From contig JAQGDQ010000072.1 in the NCBI GenBank assembly GCA_030141605.1, forward strand, positions 434,001 to 498,000: DNA of 64,000 bases, read 5' to 3'. The notes beneath the pieces were generated by a model. That model did not search any database, was not told where the DNA came from, and saw only the letters and a list, made by a program, of their open reading frames with translations. Of the stretch, positions 50,001 through 64,000 are shown piece after piece. How positions within the stretch are numbered: the stretch's first letter is position 1; the number at the start of each line of letters is the position of its first letter. The stretch comes from Tubiluchus corallicola. Its lineage: Eukaryota > Animalia > Priapulida. A program made the position numbers and the translations under genes.

Positions 50001-50754
50001 ATTTACGGGTGAATAATTTATAAGTGCCCAGCTAAGTTTGACAATCATACACACAAAACTATCAAAGAACAGCAGTAAACGTAAATTAAGAAAAACGAGT
50101 AAAAGCGCGAGGTAAAAAAGTTGTTCAATACAGATCGCACAACATCACAGTTAGGTCACCAAACAGTTCCACGTATTCCGTGAAAATTGAAACTGTCACT
50201 GTGTAGCAATCCTTTAAACTTAACGCAAATTTACACAACTTCAGTGAACATACTATTGTTACCACTCTAACCAACACAACCAGTTAGAAATCACTGCTCA
50301 AGTGCACACACGCAACTATGGGGCCTCTGGCATTACTTGCTCTACCATGCTCCAATAAACCGAGCACCTTATTGGTTAGAACAGGCAATGATACTGATAA
50401 ATGCCACAACAGAAATTAGCACTAATCACTTACATTTTACTCTCTACCTGCCAAGGACTAGTGACAACAACCAGTATTTAAGCCTAATCACCCACGTGGT
50501 ATAATAACACAGGTGAAACTGCCATTTCCCTTACGATTAAGTGCATTACGACCTTAGTTTAAACTGGAGGCGTTTACGGCACAAAGATCAGTTTTGCTTT
50601 ACTGAATCAAATGAATCCTTCAATTCTTGCGTTGAACATAATCAAAAGAAAGACCCCGAGGTTTTCTTTGTGAATTGACCACTTAATGTGAGACGTTTTT
50701 AGCTACTTTCTTCCAGTCAGACACAAAAATCTGCCCTTCCCTTGTCTTCCCTAA

Positions 50755-50884
50755 TAGGCCGTTTACACGGCCATTCAAAACACTGTTATTCTTGAGTTTG
50801 CCAGTGTAGAATGACCGTGTGGATACCGAGAAATGACCGTGAAATTTGATCGTTATACTTTTGAAGGACCGTGTCGACTAGGCA
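50755..50884. mobile_element. Harbinger-like MITE
   Basis: Imperfect TIRs taggccgtttacacggccattcaaaa / ttttgaaggaccgtgtcgactaggca, flanked by TAA/TTA. Confidence 0.6.
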
Positions 50885-50959
50885 TTACACTTACAACTCC
50901 AGCGATCACGATTAATGGTTTTCTGAATTAACTTGTAAATAAAAATAGTGAAATTGCCG

Positions 50960-51492
50960 GACCATCCGCATTAAAGAGATTGCAAAAGCTGCTTATAAAA
51001 CAGTAAAAATATTGGACAAAGCTTGTCCTCAGTATACCCATAATTTAATTACATACAAACCATTGTTCAGGGAGAACAGTACTTTCATACCTCGTTATAA
51101 TACTGTTAGTTTTGGCAAATAATCCTTTAGATATAGAGCAGCCCAAACCTTGAACAAATTTGTCAAATTCACTTAGAAAAGCTCAAGATTACATTCAATT
51201 CAATAAAAAACTTAATGGTGTTGTGTGTAAATTTCTGTACTTAAAAACATTATTTTCATTCTTATATTATAATACATTCTAATTTTTAGCAGTTTCGTTT
51301 GTTTCAATATAACAGCATTAGCAATTTCAATAATTTTCTTATTTTAAATCAACTAGAATTTTATTTGGCTTTGTATCATGATTTCTGATTTTGATAAATT
51401 TATGCTAAAGTAGACATTTTAATTTGTCTACTAAATCCGTACTAGATTTTAAGATGCTTTTTCTGTATATCTATCTTTCTATCTATCTATAT
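50960..51492 (+). mobile_element. Old Crack/L2-like LINE 3' end with (TATC)n tail
   Basis: IPRYNTVSFGK.SFRYRAAQTLN tail motif, T-rich 3'UTR, tatc repeat tail. Confidence 0.6.
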
Positions 51493-53105
51493 AACTATGT
51501 CATTGCGAGACACACTACAGCACGTATATAGGATTCAAGACGAAATTCTATATGTATATACCCCAATGTTGCGGAAAACTCACTGGGAAGTTAGCATTTA
51601 TCTTAATGCATTACCTTATTTTCAGTGTCACAAAATTCTCTCTTGGATTAACAGCACAGTTAATCTGAACTGACAATTACATAGGCTACGAAACTTTTAC
51701 GAAACCAGAAATGATTTACCACAAACTTAAACGCCTACCTGCTTACTTATTCCTGTTCAGTAATTCTGATTTTATTTATGCAAACAATGACTGCTTAGAC
51801 AGTTTCACGAATTACAAACAGAATCTGGTGATTTCAATAAGAAGCCAACCGGAGCAACAAATTCAGGCTAATTTATAAACAAAATTACCAAATTTACGTA
51901 GACGTTATAGTAATGTATGCACTTATAGCACACAACATGCTGGATATACTTAACAAACATCTAATGAACTATAAGTCGTAAATCTAAGACCATCAACAAA
52001 CAATATATATATATATATATTCGTCGAATCGCCTTCGTTATTGTTAAACCTTCTATAGAACTGCATGAAATAACATTTCAATATTTTATTCACTTTTTAT
52101 GCGCACTCTATACTCTATAGGACGAGTAAATGTAAACCGACAACAAACTTCATGTGCACGATACAGAAATAATAGCCGAAGACACAAAATGTACAAACTT
52201 TAAAACACTTGCCGATGTAATAACCTCGTGACGAAAGCCTAATCATAAAGCTATACATCGGCAATATTATAACAACCCGTATAGCATCAGCTGAATACTA
52301 ATCAACAAGTTTATATGAGCTATTCTTTACAGCATGACTTACAATTTCAGACTTTGACCCCGCAAAATACATGAATATTAACACTCTCTTTAGCTATTGT
52401 AAATCAAATAAAGCGGTTACGATTATTCAAGTGAGAGAAATTGCCATGTGTTTATGCATAGTTGCTATAACTACATCAGGTAACTCAAAGAAGCACGACG
52501 AATCGAATAAAATCATTATGGGCTAAAAAAATGCTGTCTCGCAAAAATGGTTAATAATATTTATTACTTCCCACATCTTCCGCGTTTGTAAGAGGTTTGT
52601 GAGTCATTTCTCAAATTTCACTTCCGGATCTTTTACAATTAAATACAGGTAACATAGGTGCGTTCAAGCGCACCTATACAGTGCCCTATTTTGTAGCATA
52701 ATATTGTAACCAACGTGACATTACGTGGCTCACGCATAGAAAACTAGTATTGCCTAGTAGTTCATTTGTCAATTACGAAATACGAATTACGAAACTGGCA
52801 AATATTGTGATTCTGCGTTCAATTTCTCTGTTTATTGTTTATGACACTGAATTAAGAAAAAAAAAAACAGTTCTTAATAGGGTACCTCAGACGTCCCAAG
52901 CAAACTTAATTTTCAATTTTCTGGAAACCGATCAACGACATTCATCTTGTGGCAAACATATTCAATAAATGAGAAATTTTTGAGTATCAATTTCAAGTGT
53001 GACACCGTTTTTTACTGCAGATCAACTTTGATATTTCTGCAGGAAACCTTGATATTTCTGGAGCAAAACTTTGATTGTTAGACATACATTGAAACATGTT
53101 ATTGG

Positions 53106-53145
53106 AGGGAGAGGAAGAGAGAGAAAGACAGAGAGAGGGGGCGAG

Positions 53146-53216
<71 letters not shown>
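53106..53216. repeat. (GA)n microsatellite
   Basis: Directly visible. Confidence 0.95.
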
Positions 53217-53220
<4 letters not shown>

Positions 53221-53329
53221 TAGATGAGCGGTTGTGTGCTCAGCTCTTGTTCAGTTCCCTCTTTGTTTGAAGTGCCTATAGATGTATTACGGCGTTCAAT
53301 TAAGTTCACGGTGCCATCTAGTGAGGACA

Positions 53330-56270
53330 AAGTGTATCTTGACCATCATTAAGTTTTCAATAATCATGACTTGTATGGCTTGGATGGCTGTTGTCGGTGA
53401 TGCGCAACAACTCGTTGAAAAATAACATCTTTTAGCGAGGAATGCCTATATTTAACATTTGTTGGAGTATTCTACTATTCTTTCTGTCTGCAATAATGGG
53501 GTGGCGTAAAGAGAATCTAAGAGTTAGAATCTTCAATTGTAGAGGACTTAAACCTGGAGTTTATTTCCAGATTTCAAGAGTTGACTGAAAGGATTTGTAT
53601 GATAAACTAAAGATCGATAACAAGCAATATTCAGTTATATCTGCCTATGCACGTACCCTACCTGTAAGTGAGAAAATCCTGTGGTAAGTGAAAAGTTTTA
53701 CAGTGGCTTAGACAGTATCACACAGACAGTAAGCGATCGTGATTTTCTAATAATAGTAGGTGGTTTTAATGCAAAAACTGGCTCAGGGTACAACTATTAT
53801 CCGGACAATATTGGCAAATTTGGAAAAAATGGGCATAAACAGCAATGGAGAATATTTTTTAGATCTTGCACAACAAAATGAATTGACACTTATTAACACA
53901 ACTTTATATCATAAGATGGCTCCTAGGACTACATGGGAAGCTCCAGATAGAAACAATAAGCAAAAACCTGTTAGGAACCATTTTGACTATATTATGGTTA
54001 AGCAGAAACACAGGATTAGTGTAAATGATGCAAGATCATACAGTGGCACTGAAACTTTCTCAGATCACAGACTAGTAATTGCAAAGTTCAACGTAAAGAG
54101 GCAGTTCGCAACCTTGGCAAAGGACAGTATATCTAGGTAATTTCAGTGTGACAAATTAAAACACGAAGATATTGAAATTAAATATCAAGAGAAAGTTGAG
54201 CATCATTTCAAATAGATTTGACAAGCCAAGCAATGGGATAACATTGTTAATGTGTGCAGATAGGCATCAAAGGAAGTTTTGGGTCACTCTACAAACAGAG
54301 CAAAGAAAATTTTTGGCAATGAACAAGTTGACAAATTATCAGCTGAACAGAAAGAAATTAGGTTGAAGCACAATGCACCTAAAGAGATGCAGCTTAGACA
54401 GAAATTCCAAAAGTTACGCAGTCAGAAGCTAAAAGAACTTAAAGATGTGGTCCGCCAGGTTAAAGAAGAAAAGTTATCAGAAGATATATCAGAAAATGAA
54501 AACAGCAAAGATGACTCTAGTAGGATGTGTAAAGCAGTCTGGAAAATCAATAGAAGTAAGCCAAAAGGCAGGATATTAGTTGAAACTGATGATGGGGTTA
54601 CTGTCAATGAACTAGAAGCATCAGAAATTGTTACTACATTCTTTGAAAGGGCTTACAACAACCGTAATGCAAAAAAAACATTCCTGAGATTAAACCATTG
54701 CCAATGGAATCACCTTTTGTTCCTGAAGAGGTTTTAAAGGCAATAAAATCTTTAAAGAATGGAAAAAGTCCAGGTATAGATAATCTTGTAGCAGAACAGC
54801 TAAAGCATAGGCCAAACATCATTAGCATTTGTATATCAAATTTATTAAACACTATTGCAGAAACAAGAAACTATCTAAAAGAAGTTAAGCAGGGGATATT
54901 AGCGCCTATTCCAAAGCCTAAAAAGAAGAAAGGATCAGTAGAAAATTTAGGACCAATTATACTGCTGAGTTTGTTAAGGAAACTCTTGGCTATATGCATG
55001 ATCAGACGCATACATGACAGATTAAATGGCAACATTCCACCAAGTTGAGCTGCATATAGGGAGGGAAGAAGCACCACTGAACTAGTAATGTCAGCAAAAA
55101 TACTAGCAGAAAAAGCAGTCACATCCAGTTCTTATCAAACCACGATTTTGTTACTTGATATGAACAAGGCATTTGATACACAGAGGAATTCTCTTCGATG
55201 ATCTACAAACCGTACTACAACCAGATGAAATGCACATCATTACAATTCTACTAAAGGACGTTAAAGTTACTGTAAAAGTTGGGAACACCTTAGAAAGAAC
55301 TATTAGCACGAATATTGGGGTCCCCCAGGGGGACTGTCTTAGTCAAATATTTTCACGCTCTGCCTAGCAAATACACTTAAGACCCAAACTCCTCCAACTG
55401 ATGATCGTGATTACGATACCACTATCTGTGATAACCTTCCTCAACATATTCTGGATCACTCCTATCCTGTTTTGGAACCCTATGAACCATTCCTTATTGA
55501 TCAACAATACGCAGACGATATTGGATGGATTAGTGTATCGAATTTTCAAACTAACACAATAAAAAGGGATTTCCCAAAAAAACTAGAGAAATCTTCAAGT
55601 AAACCAGTCAAAAGCAGAAGAATATATTATTGCACGAGATGGTAACCAGTTTTGGAAAAAGTGTAAGTACATGGGCACTTTTCTAAGCACCGAAGTAAAG
55701 CAGAAAGCAACAAGCAATGCATGCTTTTCTTCAGAACAAGAATGTATTAACTAGCAAGAAAGTAAGTCATAACGTAAGACTTCGATTATTTAGTGCTTAC
55801 ATTACCAGCATACTTATGTACAACAGTAAAACATAGGGTTTAGCAATTACTTAAGAAAAGCAGATTGACACATTTCATAGAAGTCTTCTTAGGAAAGTTT
55901 TAAAGATAAGATGGCCATACATAATCAGAAATGAAGATTTATACACCAGAACTAAAGAAATTTATTGGAGTTCAAAAGTCAAGATCCGAAGATTAAGATC
56001 GCTAGGACATCTTCTAAGATTACCAAATGAAGCACCAGTAAGCAATCGCCTTAAAGGAAGCCTTAAAACCTTGTAAAAAACCACCTGGTAAACCTAAAAC
56101 AACTTGGATAGCTAAGATAAATAAAGATGTTCAACAACTTCAACCAAATCTACCTTTAGGAATAGAAGAACTTACGTTGTTAGCTGCAGATAGAAGTGGG
56201 TGGAATACTGTAATAAATGTTGATACCTCAATGCCTACAACAGGTGGAATGAGATTTTGAAGAATGGGAG
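53330..56270 (+). mobile_element. Near full-length degenerate RTE-like LINE (AP endonuclease + reverse transcriptase), antisense in the SSH intron
   Basis: APE motifs SAYA, GGFNAKTG, NHFDYI, SDHRLV; RT motifs KSPGID, DMNKAFD, GVPQGDCLS, QYADD; many frameshifts and stops. Confidence 0.93.
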
Positions 56271-57847
56271 TATGATATTACTACACCTCATTGCAAGTTG
56301 TACAAGCAGTTCTACATTTCACATTAAAAAAGGAAAGGCAAATTCACCGTACTTATTACTTACTTCTTCCTAAATTATAGCAAAAAAACGTTAGGAGAAT
56401 TACATAGGTTCCAGTTAGAACTACTAGGCAATGTTAAAGTTTGCAATTCTTCAAAAAAACAATTGTGTAGCCCAACTTCAGGATACTTAGCAGGTACAAA
56501 AAATTTGTGTGGTGACTTGCTATTTGTAAAAAAGATACATTATGCCAAACTGCATTCGTAAATTTATAAGTGTTGATTTTAACATAACGATTTCATTTAT
56601 GATGCTACTGCAGCAGTTCAAGAAGCATATATTAGCTTGAAAGAACTTCTGCAAGTGAAATGAAATACAAAAGTAAAATGTTGAAAGAAAGATAGTAAGC
56701 AAGCGACAAAATGTTATGATTAAAATACAAAACAGAAGAAAAACCATATTATGGTACATAGTAAAATTTATATATATATTAAATACTTTATTGTAATAAA
56801 ACATATGCAAAATGTGCGGTGATAAAATGACAATACATACATTGTTTATACAATATACAATAAGTGTGTATGTTCAGTCTCTGGACTGATGTTTTACAAT
56901 AGGGTCAGATTGTTAGTAAATTATATGATGATTAAAAACATTGATGAAGTGATGTTAGTAAACAAAAGATAGTTTAAAAAGTGTCAACATGTGTGACAGT
57001 GATCTGTGTGACAATGATTTAAATTAATAATTATGACAAATAATGATTACAAATTTTAACAACTGGCATTGAGATGTGATTATTGATGGAATATGCTTTG
57101 CACAAAAAAGTATATATTGGTATCCAGTTCTGGTGTTGTGAACGTAGGATAGAAACAAACTTTCTCAGTAATTTCAGTTAATGTCAGTATCTGGAAAGAA
57201 TCCAGGTTTAGTTAGGACACACAGGAACTACTAGGTTTTGGTTCATTTACTACTAGGGTCCCTTCAAGTTTAAAAAAACACTTGGCAAAATGCTCATATT
57301 TTCTCTATTAGTTATTTATATTTTTCTATTAAGCAACAATTTTACACATGTTACTGCAAGACACAAATTCAAAGCTAACAAGCTGAAGTGGTCCACTAAA
57401 ACAGAATTCAACAATGAGTGTACAATATCCATTTTTTAAGCTGTAAACAAAAGCAGTGACTTATCTTTTAACAATCATACTATGCCCAGAGGCAAATATA
57501 AACTATAGTCTTCTAGCCAACATTCCATTGATATTAAAATCTTTGCTTTGTATACCATGTTTGTTTACAGTACTACTTTTCAAACAAACACGTAGCCATG
57601 TACATCCTCTGAATCACATGGCTAATTTCACCTTTGCCCACTTTAACATGCGCCTCACATTGGTCCACAGAACATTGTAGTGGTTTTCTGATTTAAAAAT
57701 TTACAGAATGTCACCAACTATGTCTAAACATTAGTAATCAGTGCATCATTTTGTCTGAGGACTGCCCGACTACATGTACTACTTGACTAGCAATAACTAG
57801 TTTACATTCCAAAGAAACTATTTACAATATGTAAGCTGATACATTAC

Positions 57848-57948
57848 CGCCTTTGTGGCGCTGCTTTCGCAAGTCCGATTCCTGCACCATATAACTCTTT
57901 CAGTTTGTCGTTATCATCAGCATCATCATGTCCATCTACAGTATCATC
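57848..57948 (-). CDS. SSH: Probable Slingshot exon 2 (DDTVDGHDDADDNDKLKELYGAGIGLAKAAPQRR)
   Basis: Acceptor TTTTGTACAG|, donor CG|GTAATG, phase 0-2, joins FSESY exon in frame; acidic linker as in SSH N-termini; exon 1 not found in window. Confidence 0.7.
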
Positions 57949-60359
57949 CTGTACAAAAATGAATACAATGTTTGTGAGTACTACATTTAGCATTAAATTA
58001 ATAAATTAAACATTACTATTAAATACTCTTGAAATATTTTTGACAAAAACTCGCCATGAAGTTATCAAGTTTTCAATGGATAGAGGGCATACAAATTTGC
58101 ATCTGATATACAGCAGGAATAATGTAACAAAATATGATAACATAACACAACATAATTATGTTCATTTGTGTGTTGTTTAAATTATTTTACACTTATTAGA
58201 TGGAAATAATTGCAAGGGTAACAAAATTTCGGACAGATTTATTTAAGGGGAAGCTTTGCAGCTTAGCTTATGCAAGAGAAAGATTACCCAATAAAAGATA
58301 GTAGCCAAATTATTAGTGTCTTATTGGTTGAATTCTGACATGTTTCAGCTACTGAAATGTTTCCAGCTAATTTGGTTAAACTTTGGGGCAAAAAACAACT
58401 ATCTGTCAATTCTGTCAAAATACCGAGTCAATAGTTCACATTTTAAACAGTTATAAAAGCACCCATTAGATTTCAAGAAGTATACATGGAGTCACAACAG
58501 TATATTACCAGACCTGTCAACTCTCATGCATTAGGCATGTGTCAGACATATTCTAAGTCTAGCACACATCAAATTTCACATACGCCACACCTGTCAAACA
58601 CACTAGTACTACAACCGATGTAGTAGCAACTGACTCAACTTCAGCCTCTATATATATATATTGTACACTATAGGGTATATAGGGTATTTCTTCACAGAAT
58701 TACGAAATTTGCACTAACCTAAAATCTATGCAATCAATGGTAGGACAAACAACTGTTCCAACTAATCGCATTACCACATTTTAGTCCCTGAAAATTTGCA
58801 TACTGAACGAATCTACTAAAATGCTGACAGTTATAAAGCTGACTGTCCATTTTGAACCTGATAAAACAATGCATAGTCCTTCAAAACTGATAAATACACT
58901 TTTCCCATAACTGACACTAACGACAATGGCTAAAAAGCCGCCTTAAATGCAGTTATGAAAAATGGCTCGAGAGGTTATATAAATCCAAAGTATACCAACA
59001 ATCTAAAAAAACTTTTAAAAGCAGGTACTAATAAACGTGATGTTTCAAAACTTTTCACAGTAATTTGGCAAAACTTGCAATTATTTGTTTTTATACCATC
59101 TTCCTTTCAAAAATGATCAAACATGGTTAATGCTCTCTTTTTTGAATTGCCATAGTAACAAATAAGCAAACCAGCTAAAACAATTGAGCTCTATAACTCA
59201 TTGCTCAACTATACAATATGTACATATAAAAACAAACTTTCTCTCAATTGAGTACTGAATTATAGCAGTACATACATATGTGCATGCTAATTACTATTAT
59301 ACATTTCTAAACCATTGATATGAATAAACCAACTATTCTAATTTTACATTTTACTACGTACTATTATAGGACTAAATACAGAATGCACATAAAATCTAGT
59401 TTTTCAAACCTTATCCATTTACTGACTAAGCTGAACGTGACTTAATCCCTATTGCTAATCAGGTACTGTGACAACTTAGCCATGCCTTTACCACAAATAA
59501 AGTGCAAATAACATATAGGCGTGTAGAAACCATTTGCCTGTCAATACAAGTGACGAAAAGAATTGTAAACAACATTCTAAAATCTTAAGTTTTTATCACA
59601 TACATGTATATCTATAGCTTAGGAGACCAATATTAGAAAATAAATATTTGTTATCTAAACATGCATGTAAGCTACAGCATTTTGGGATATACAGCAATTA
59701 CCTGTTTTTATACCTTAATATTTCCACAATAAGGTCCTATCTAGACTCAGAAACTTTTTAACTAAACACTGCAAGTTTACAAGTTTATTACTGTATCCAT
59801 AAGAAAATGTGGCTGCAAGTAATATTTCATCAGATTTATGCAGCTGACCAAATTTGCATGATAAGCATTATTATTATTATTATTATTAGCACTCTTTTAT
59901 AACAAAGATGATGTACAGTACAGAACAGTTCCACCAGCAAAGTAAACTTCCTGAGCATGTATGCTCAACCCAGACACTCTGCAAGTTCTCTGTTGTAAAG
60001 GAAGTGAACATATTTATATTTACAGAGAAAATAAACAGTACAGCATTAGTGATAAATTAAGTTTAAGTTTATTTACTTTTGTATAGCGTAAAATCCATGT
60101 AAATACGTTCCTGAACGTTGTACAGAAAAAATACGTAGAAGTAATACTAAATTGATGATTTAAAATAGGTAAATAATGCAAGATTTCAGAAAAAAATTTA
60201 ACAAAATTAAAATGTAGAAGAAACTTATTCTATTATAAAATGATTTATGCAGCCATTAGGAAAAAGCAGTTCACTCTACACCAGATTTTGCATTTTAAAA
60301 TATAAGGATCACAAATAAGAATATAGGTTACATAATACACAGTGATCGTGATTTTACTT

Positions 60360-60444
60360 TCAGGAAGACAAGGGAAGGAAAAAGCTAAAGATGAAGAGAG
60401 GAAGAGAGAGATATAAAACAGGAAAGGGAAAGAGAAAGAGAGAA

Positions 60445-60487
<43 letters not shown>

Positions 60488-60510
60488 AGAGAGGGAAAGA
60501 GAGAGAGAGA
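60360..60510. repeat. Purine-rich tract / (GA)n microsatellite
   Basis: Directly visible. Confidence 0.9.
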
Positions 60511-60726
60511 ATAAATAAATAAATCTTTTATTTTACATTACGTTTACATAACGTAAATCCCTCTAATTGCACAGTAATCTGACAAAAATTAATCACAACG
60601 GTGTAAAACTTCACAAACAATGTTAAAAATGTATCACATCTGAAGTGTGAGGTAAGGTTAGTAAATAGTGGGAGGAGTTTTGCATTAAAAAAGTGTATTA
60701 GGAAAATCATTGATAAGATGGTAGTA

Positions 60727-61173
60727 CAGTAGTCGCCGCTTAACAGACTCACTTTGGGACCGACGTGTTTTGCCCCAATTAACCGATTGAACCCATTAAC
60801 CGATGGGTGTAGTATTACTGCTATAGAAGTATGAGTGATAAGCTTACTATGCACTGCAAAGGCTTTTAATCAATTTTAGAAACGAAGTACTGCCTAAATT
60901 CCTTGGGGCAGTTAAAAATTAGAAAAAATATTTTAAAATATTAATTTATATAAGTGAATTAACAATGAATTAAAAAGTATACTTTTCTAAATCACACAAG
61001 TCTGTTTATTTGCAAAAATTCCTTCAAAGTTGGCTGCTTCATTTCATTGTCATTGTGAAGAAGTTGGCTCACGAAAGTTCTCATAATGATAAAAACGTTG
61101 AAATCTGTTGTTGTATGATGCACAAATGTTGGTGCCTGTGTTTCCCCGTAAGTAGTCTATTAAGCGACTACTG
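60727..61173. mobile_element. Non-autonomous Tc1/mariner (pogo/Tigger-like) element, copy 2 (internally deleted)
   Basis: TA-CAGTAGTCGCCGCTTAA ... TTAAGCGACTACTG-TA; first ~390 nt align with 2627-3020. Confidence 0.88.
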
Positions 61174-61269
61174 TATATGTAAAATTAGCTATGAACATGA
61201 AGGAGTATGTACAAGGAGGGATGGTAAATTTCTGAATGACAGCTTTAAAACGGGTGTGCAAACAAGTTA

Positions 61270-63340
61270 AATAATAAATTTAAGTTGATTTACATTCTAA
61301 ACAATGTGCTCAATTATTCGGCCTATACTAACTATACGCTAAACATAGTGATAAGAATATATCTACTATACAGATCTAGGTATCATTAATAGGCAAGCAT
61401 GTTTTTGATAATCAACTCAGTTACAAATTCAGCAAATATATTGCAGGCATTTTTGTCTCTGAAACGACAAATGATCTTTAAATCTGTACTTGGAATTGCA
61501 GCCTGCATATGTGCTCGTAGATCATTTCGCACAAGAGGGCAACTGAACACTAAATGCTTTGGTGTTTGATCGTTTGTACCACACTCGCATCTGCTGGTAT
61601 CCGACAGTCCGACAATATAGAGAAATGCCTTGCAGCCTCTTCCCAGTAACAAATTCAGCACTATGTTTCAGTTTTTCTACCGAATTTGCCTGTTGGCAGG
61701 TTGAGAGAATGCAGAAATAGTTATGCTCCATCGCCAGGTAATCGTGCTAGCTGGTTTCTATGCTGGATTTTTCTGGACCGCAACATAGATGAAAACAACT
61801 TTATTTCGTCTTCGTTAAACATTATTAGTTCTTGCGAAAAATTGCTTAATTTATCGTTATAACGCACTAATATGTCCTTCGTTATGTCCAAAAATGATCG
61901 GGCATTTGACATGTGTGGCTAAAAATGCTTAGATAGAGGCTGACTTAATTGGAACTTGATCAAAAAGTTATATTTCTGTTTTTATACGGTCATCTTCCTG
62001 CTTTGTGTTTGCTTGTAATACAACTTTACCATGTTACCAAGGTGTGTTATTTCCAATGGCAATAACCCACAGATTCTTTCTGCAACATCCTTAGCAGGGT
62101 TATAACCGACACCAACAGCCGTTTTGATGACGTCATACCCCAAATCGTCAAACTGCTCACATTTGCCATCCAACCAGGCACTAGAAGCGAACAAAATTAC
62201 TGGAGGCACCAACACCCGAAACAAGTTGACGATTGTCGCCATCAGCCTACCTTTATGCCTGTAGCATTACTGTTTTATTTTAGTCCATTTTCCCCAGGCT
62301 CTTTTGCGAACTGAATTGATATGGGACCTAAAACTCAGTTTGTTGTCAACAATGATGCCCAAAACTTCACTTTGCTCTACATAGGCGATTTTTCTATCAC
62401 CAAACTACAAGTTTGGAGGAGAAGGTTCCATGCTTTATTTGCTTGTATATATGATGTCTTCTGCTTTGTTTGGCTTACAGTTGATGCTTAGCCTCCAACG
62501 TCTACACCAGCCATGGATTATCTCACAGAAATGTTGGGATGTCATATAACTTTTATAGATTGAGTCTGCTGAGACAACAAGTTAGCCAAGTATTTGAATT
62601 TGCACATACGACTGTTGTTGTATTCTTCTATTTCGATGTACAAATCAGTTACGTATAGTAAGAAGAGCAGCGGTGAGGTGACAGAACCTTGTGGTAGACC
62701 ATTTTTGCACACGTATTCATCTGACATGAAGTTGCTTATATGAATTTTGATGTTGCAATTAGTCAAAAAGTTTTTCAGCAAACCTAGCAGACATCCACTA
62801 ATGCCATTTAAATATAATTTCCAAATGACCCTATTTGCCCACACATTATCAAAAGCTTTTTTAAAGTCACAGAAGATGGTGAGATGCTGTTTTGTTTAAG
62901 AAGTTGTTCTAACTCTAAAGTTGACCGTAGTCTGACTAAGTAACATTCAGTATTATGTCCGGGACAAAAACCTTCTTGTTCAGCATCTATGGAGTTATTC
63001 TGAAAGCAATTTTGAGGAGCACAACTATTATCCTCTCAGCGAGCTCCCAAAAACTGATGCTACGGCAATTGAGAGATAATTATTCGGGTTGCTATAGTCA
63101 GTTTTACCGGATTTCTTCAAAAACGTAATTTTTGCTTTGTGCTATAGCCAGTAGGACTCGCTCATGCATAGATTTACCAGATTTAGAAACAATGATTTGC
63201 ACCAATACCCCATATGTTTAAGCATTAACAGGTGGTATCCATCATTATCGATGCTTTTGTTACCAGTTTTGACTTTTTTACCTTACTTTACAAAAGTTCA
63301 TTCAAACATCGTATAATGTTCTTTGCGTAAAAACAAATTA
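61270..63340 (-). mobile_element. Degenerate I/Jockey-group LINE ORF2 (RT + C-terminal zinc knuckle)
   Basis: DFKKAFDNVW, GLPQGSVTSPLLFLLY and CECG..QTPKHLVFSC motifs; fragmented by stops and frameshifts; 5' limit uncertain. Confidence 0.88.
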
Positions 63341-64000
63341 AATTATATAAACCAGCAAGCTCTATGGTGCAGTCGTGCAAGTAAATTTATGTTTATTTGC
63401 AAAATTCTCATCCTCAGCCAGTAGGTACGGTATACCACATGCCATAACTCTTAAGTTGCAAAAGTGCAAATGCATGAGAAATAAAAATGGAAGAGCTGGT
63501 GTACTTTTTGCTCCAGTTGCTGGCACATTCCCTGGAATTTGGTTTTGGCGCTATTTTAATGCTTTTTTAAAGATTAAAGTTACATTTTTATCTCTAAAAC
63601 TTATTTTTTTTGTTTTACCTTTTTCTTAATCTTTAATCAAAAATGCTTCTTTGTGCATAATAATGCTGCAGCATGATGACTGCAGATTAGTTTATAAGCT
63701 GCTCAACATTACAAGCACATGTTTATTTAGGGACATCACAGAACCAGAGTTTCCAAACCGAATCGGAGCTCTGATTTGATTCGATCTGCTGAACTTCTGC
63801 ATTACCTTAGATCTGATCCGACTCGGCACAGACTTTTAAAAAACTCTGGTTGCGAAAGCACGCACTGCATCACCTTTTGCGAACTGCTAATTTCGAATAA
63901 ATGCTAAGATTTCTTGTATTACGTTGACAGAACGTGGTTTCGCTAACAACACACGACGATTCTTAGACAAATGTAGTTTTTTAAAAGTCACTCACATTAC

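Noticed and set aside
53330-56270. Intact or domesticated reverse transcriptase gene / retron-like system
   Set aside because: Multiple frameshifts and stops with standard non-LTR APE-RT architecture; an ordinary decayed LINE
58509-61703. Large hAT element bounded by cagacctgtcaac and gttggcaggttg
   Set aside because: The right-hand match lies inside LINE coding sequence and I found no target-site duplication

Overview
AT-rich eukaryotic (invertebrate metazoan; taxon not determinable from sequence alone) genomic DNA with spliceosomal GT-AG introns. Two minus-strand genes can be assembled exon by exon with consistent splice phases. One is a complete CDV3 homolog (5 coding exons, 11766->6904). 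The other is a Slingshot (SSH) cofilin phosphatase (SSH-N, DEK-C and dual-specificity phosphatase domains plus a long disordered tail; 57948->16903, true first exon probably beyond the right edge). The left 4 kb looks like the 3' end of an unidentified plus-strand multi-exon transcript. The rest is introns and intergenic DNA with decayed LINEs (RTE-like, CR1/L2-like, I-group-like), non-autonomous DNA transposons (Tc1/mariner-pogo-like, hAT, Harbinger-like, Kolobok-like) and microsatellites. No prokaryotic systems, CRISPR arrays, rRNA or intact tRNA genes are seen. The most interesting signals are: (1) a 27-nt tandem array in the CDV3 3'UTR whose units fold into UGG-triloop hairpins preferentially on the mRNA strand, with covarying pairs; (2) a candidate distal alternative last exon of CDV3 that would skip that array and the conserved C-terminus; (3) several phase-compatible alternative 5' exons/promoters in SSH introns; (4) a dispersed, repeated V[KR]xxxxx[FYIL]E motif in the SSH tail. 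All were found by eye and need RNA-seq or computational confirmation.
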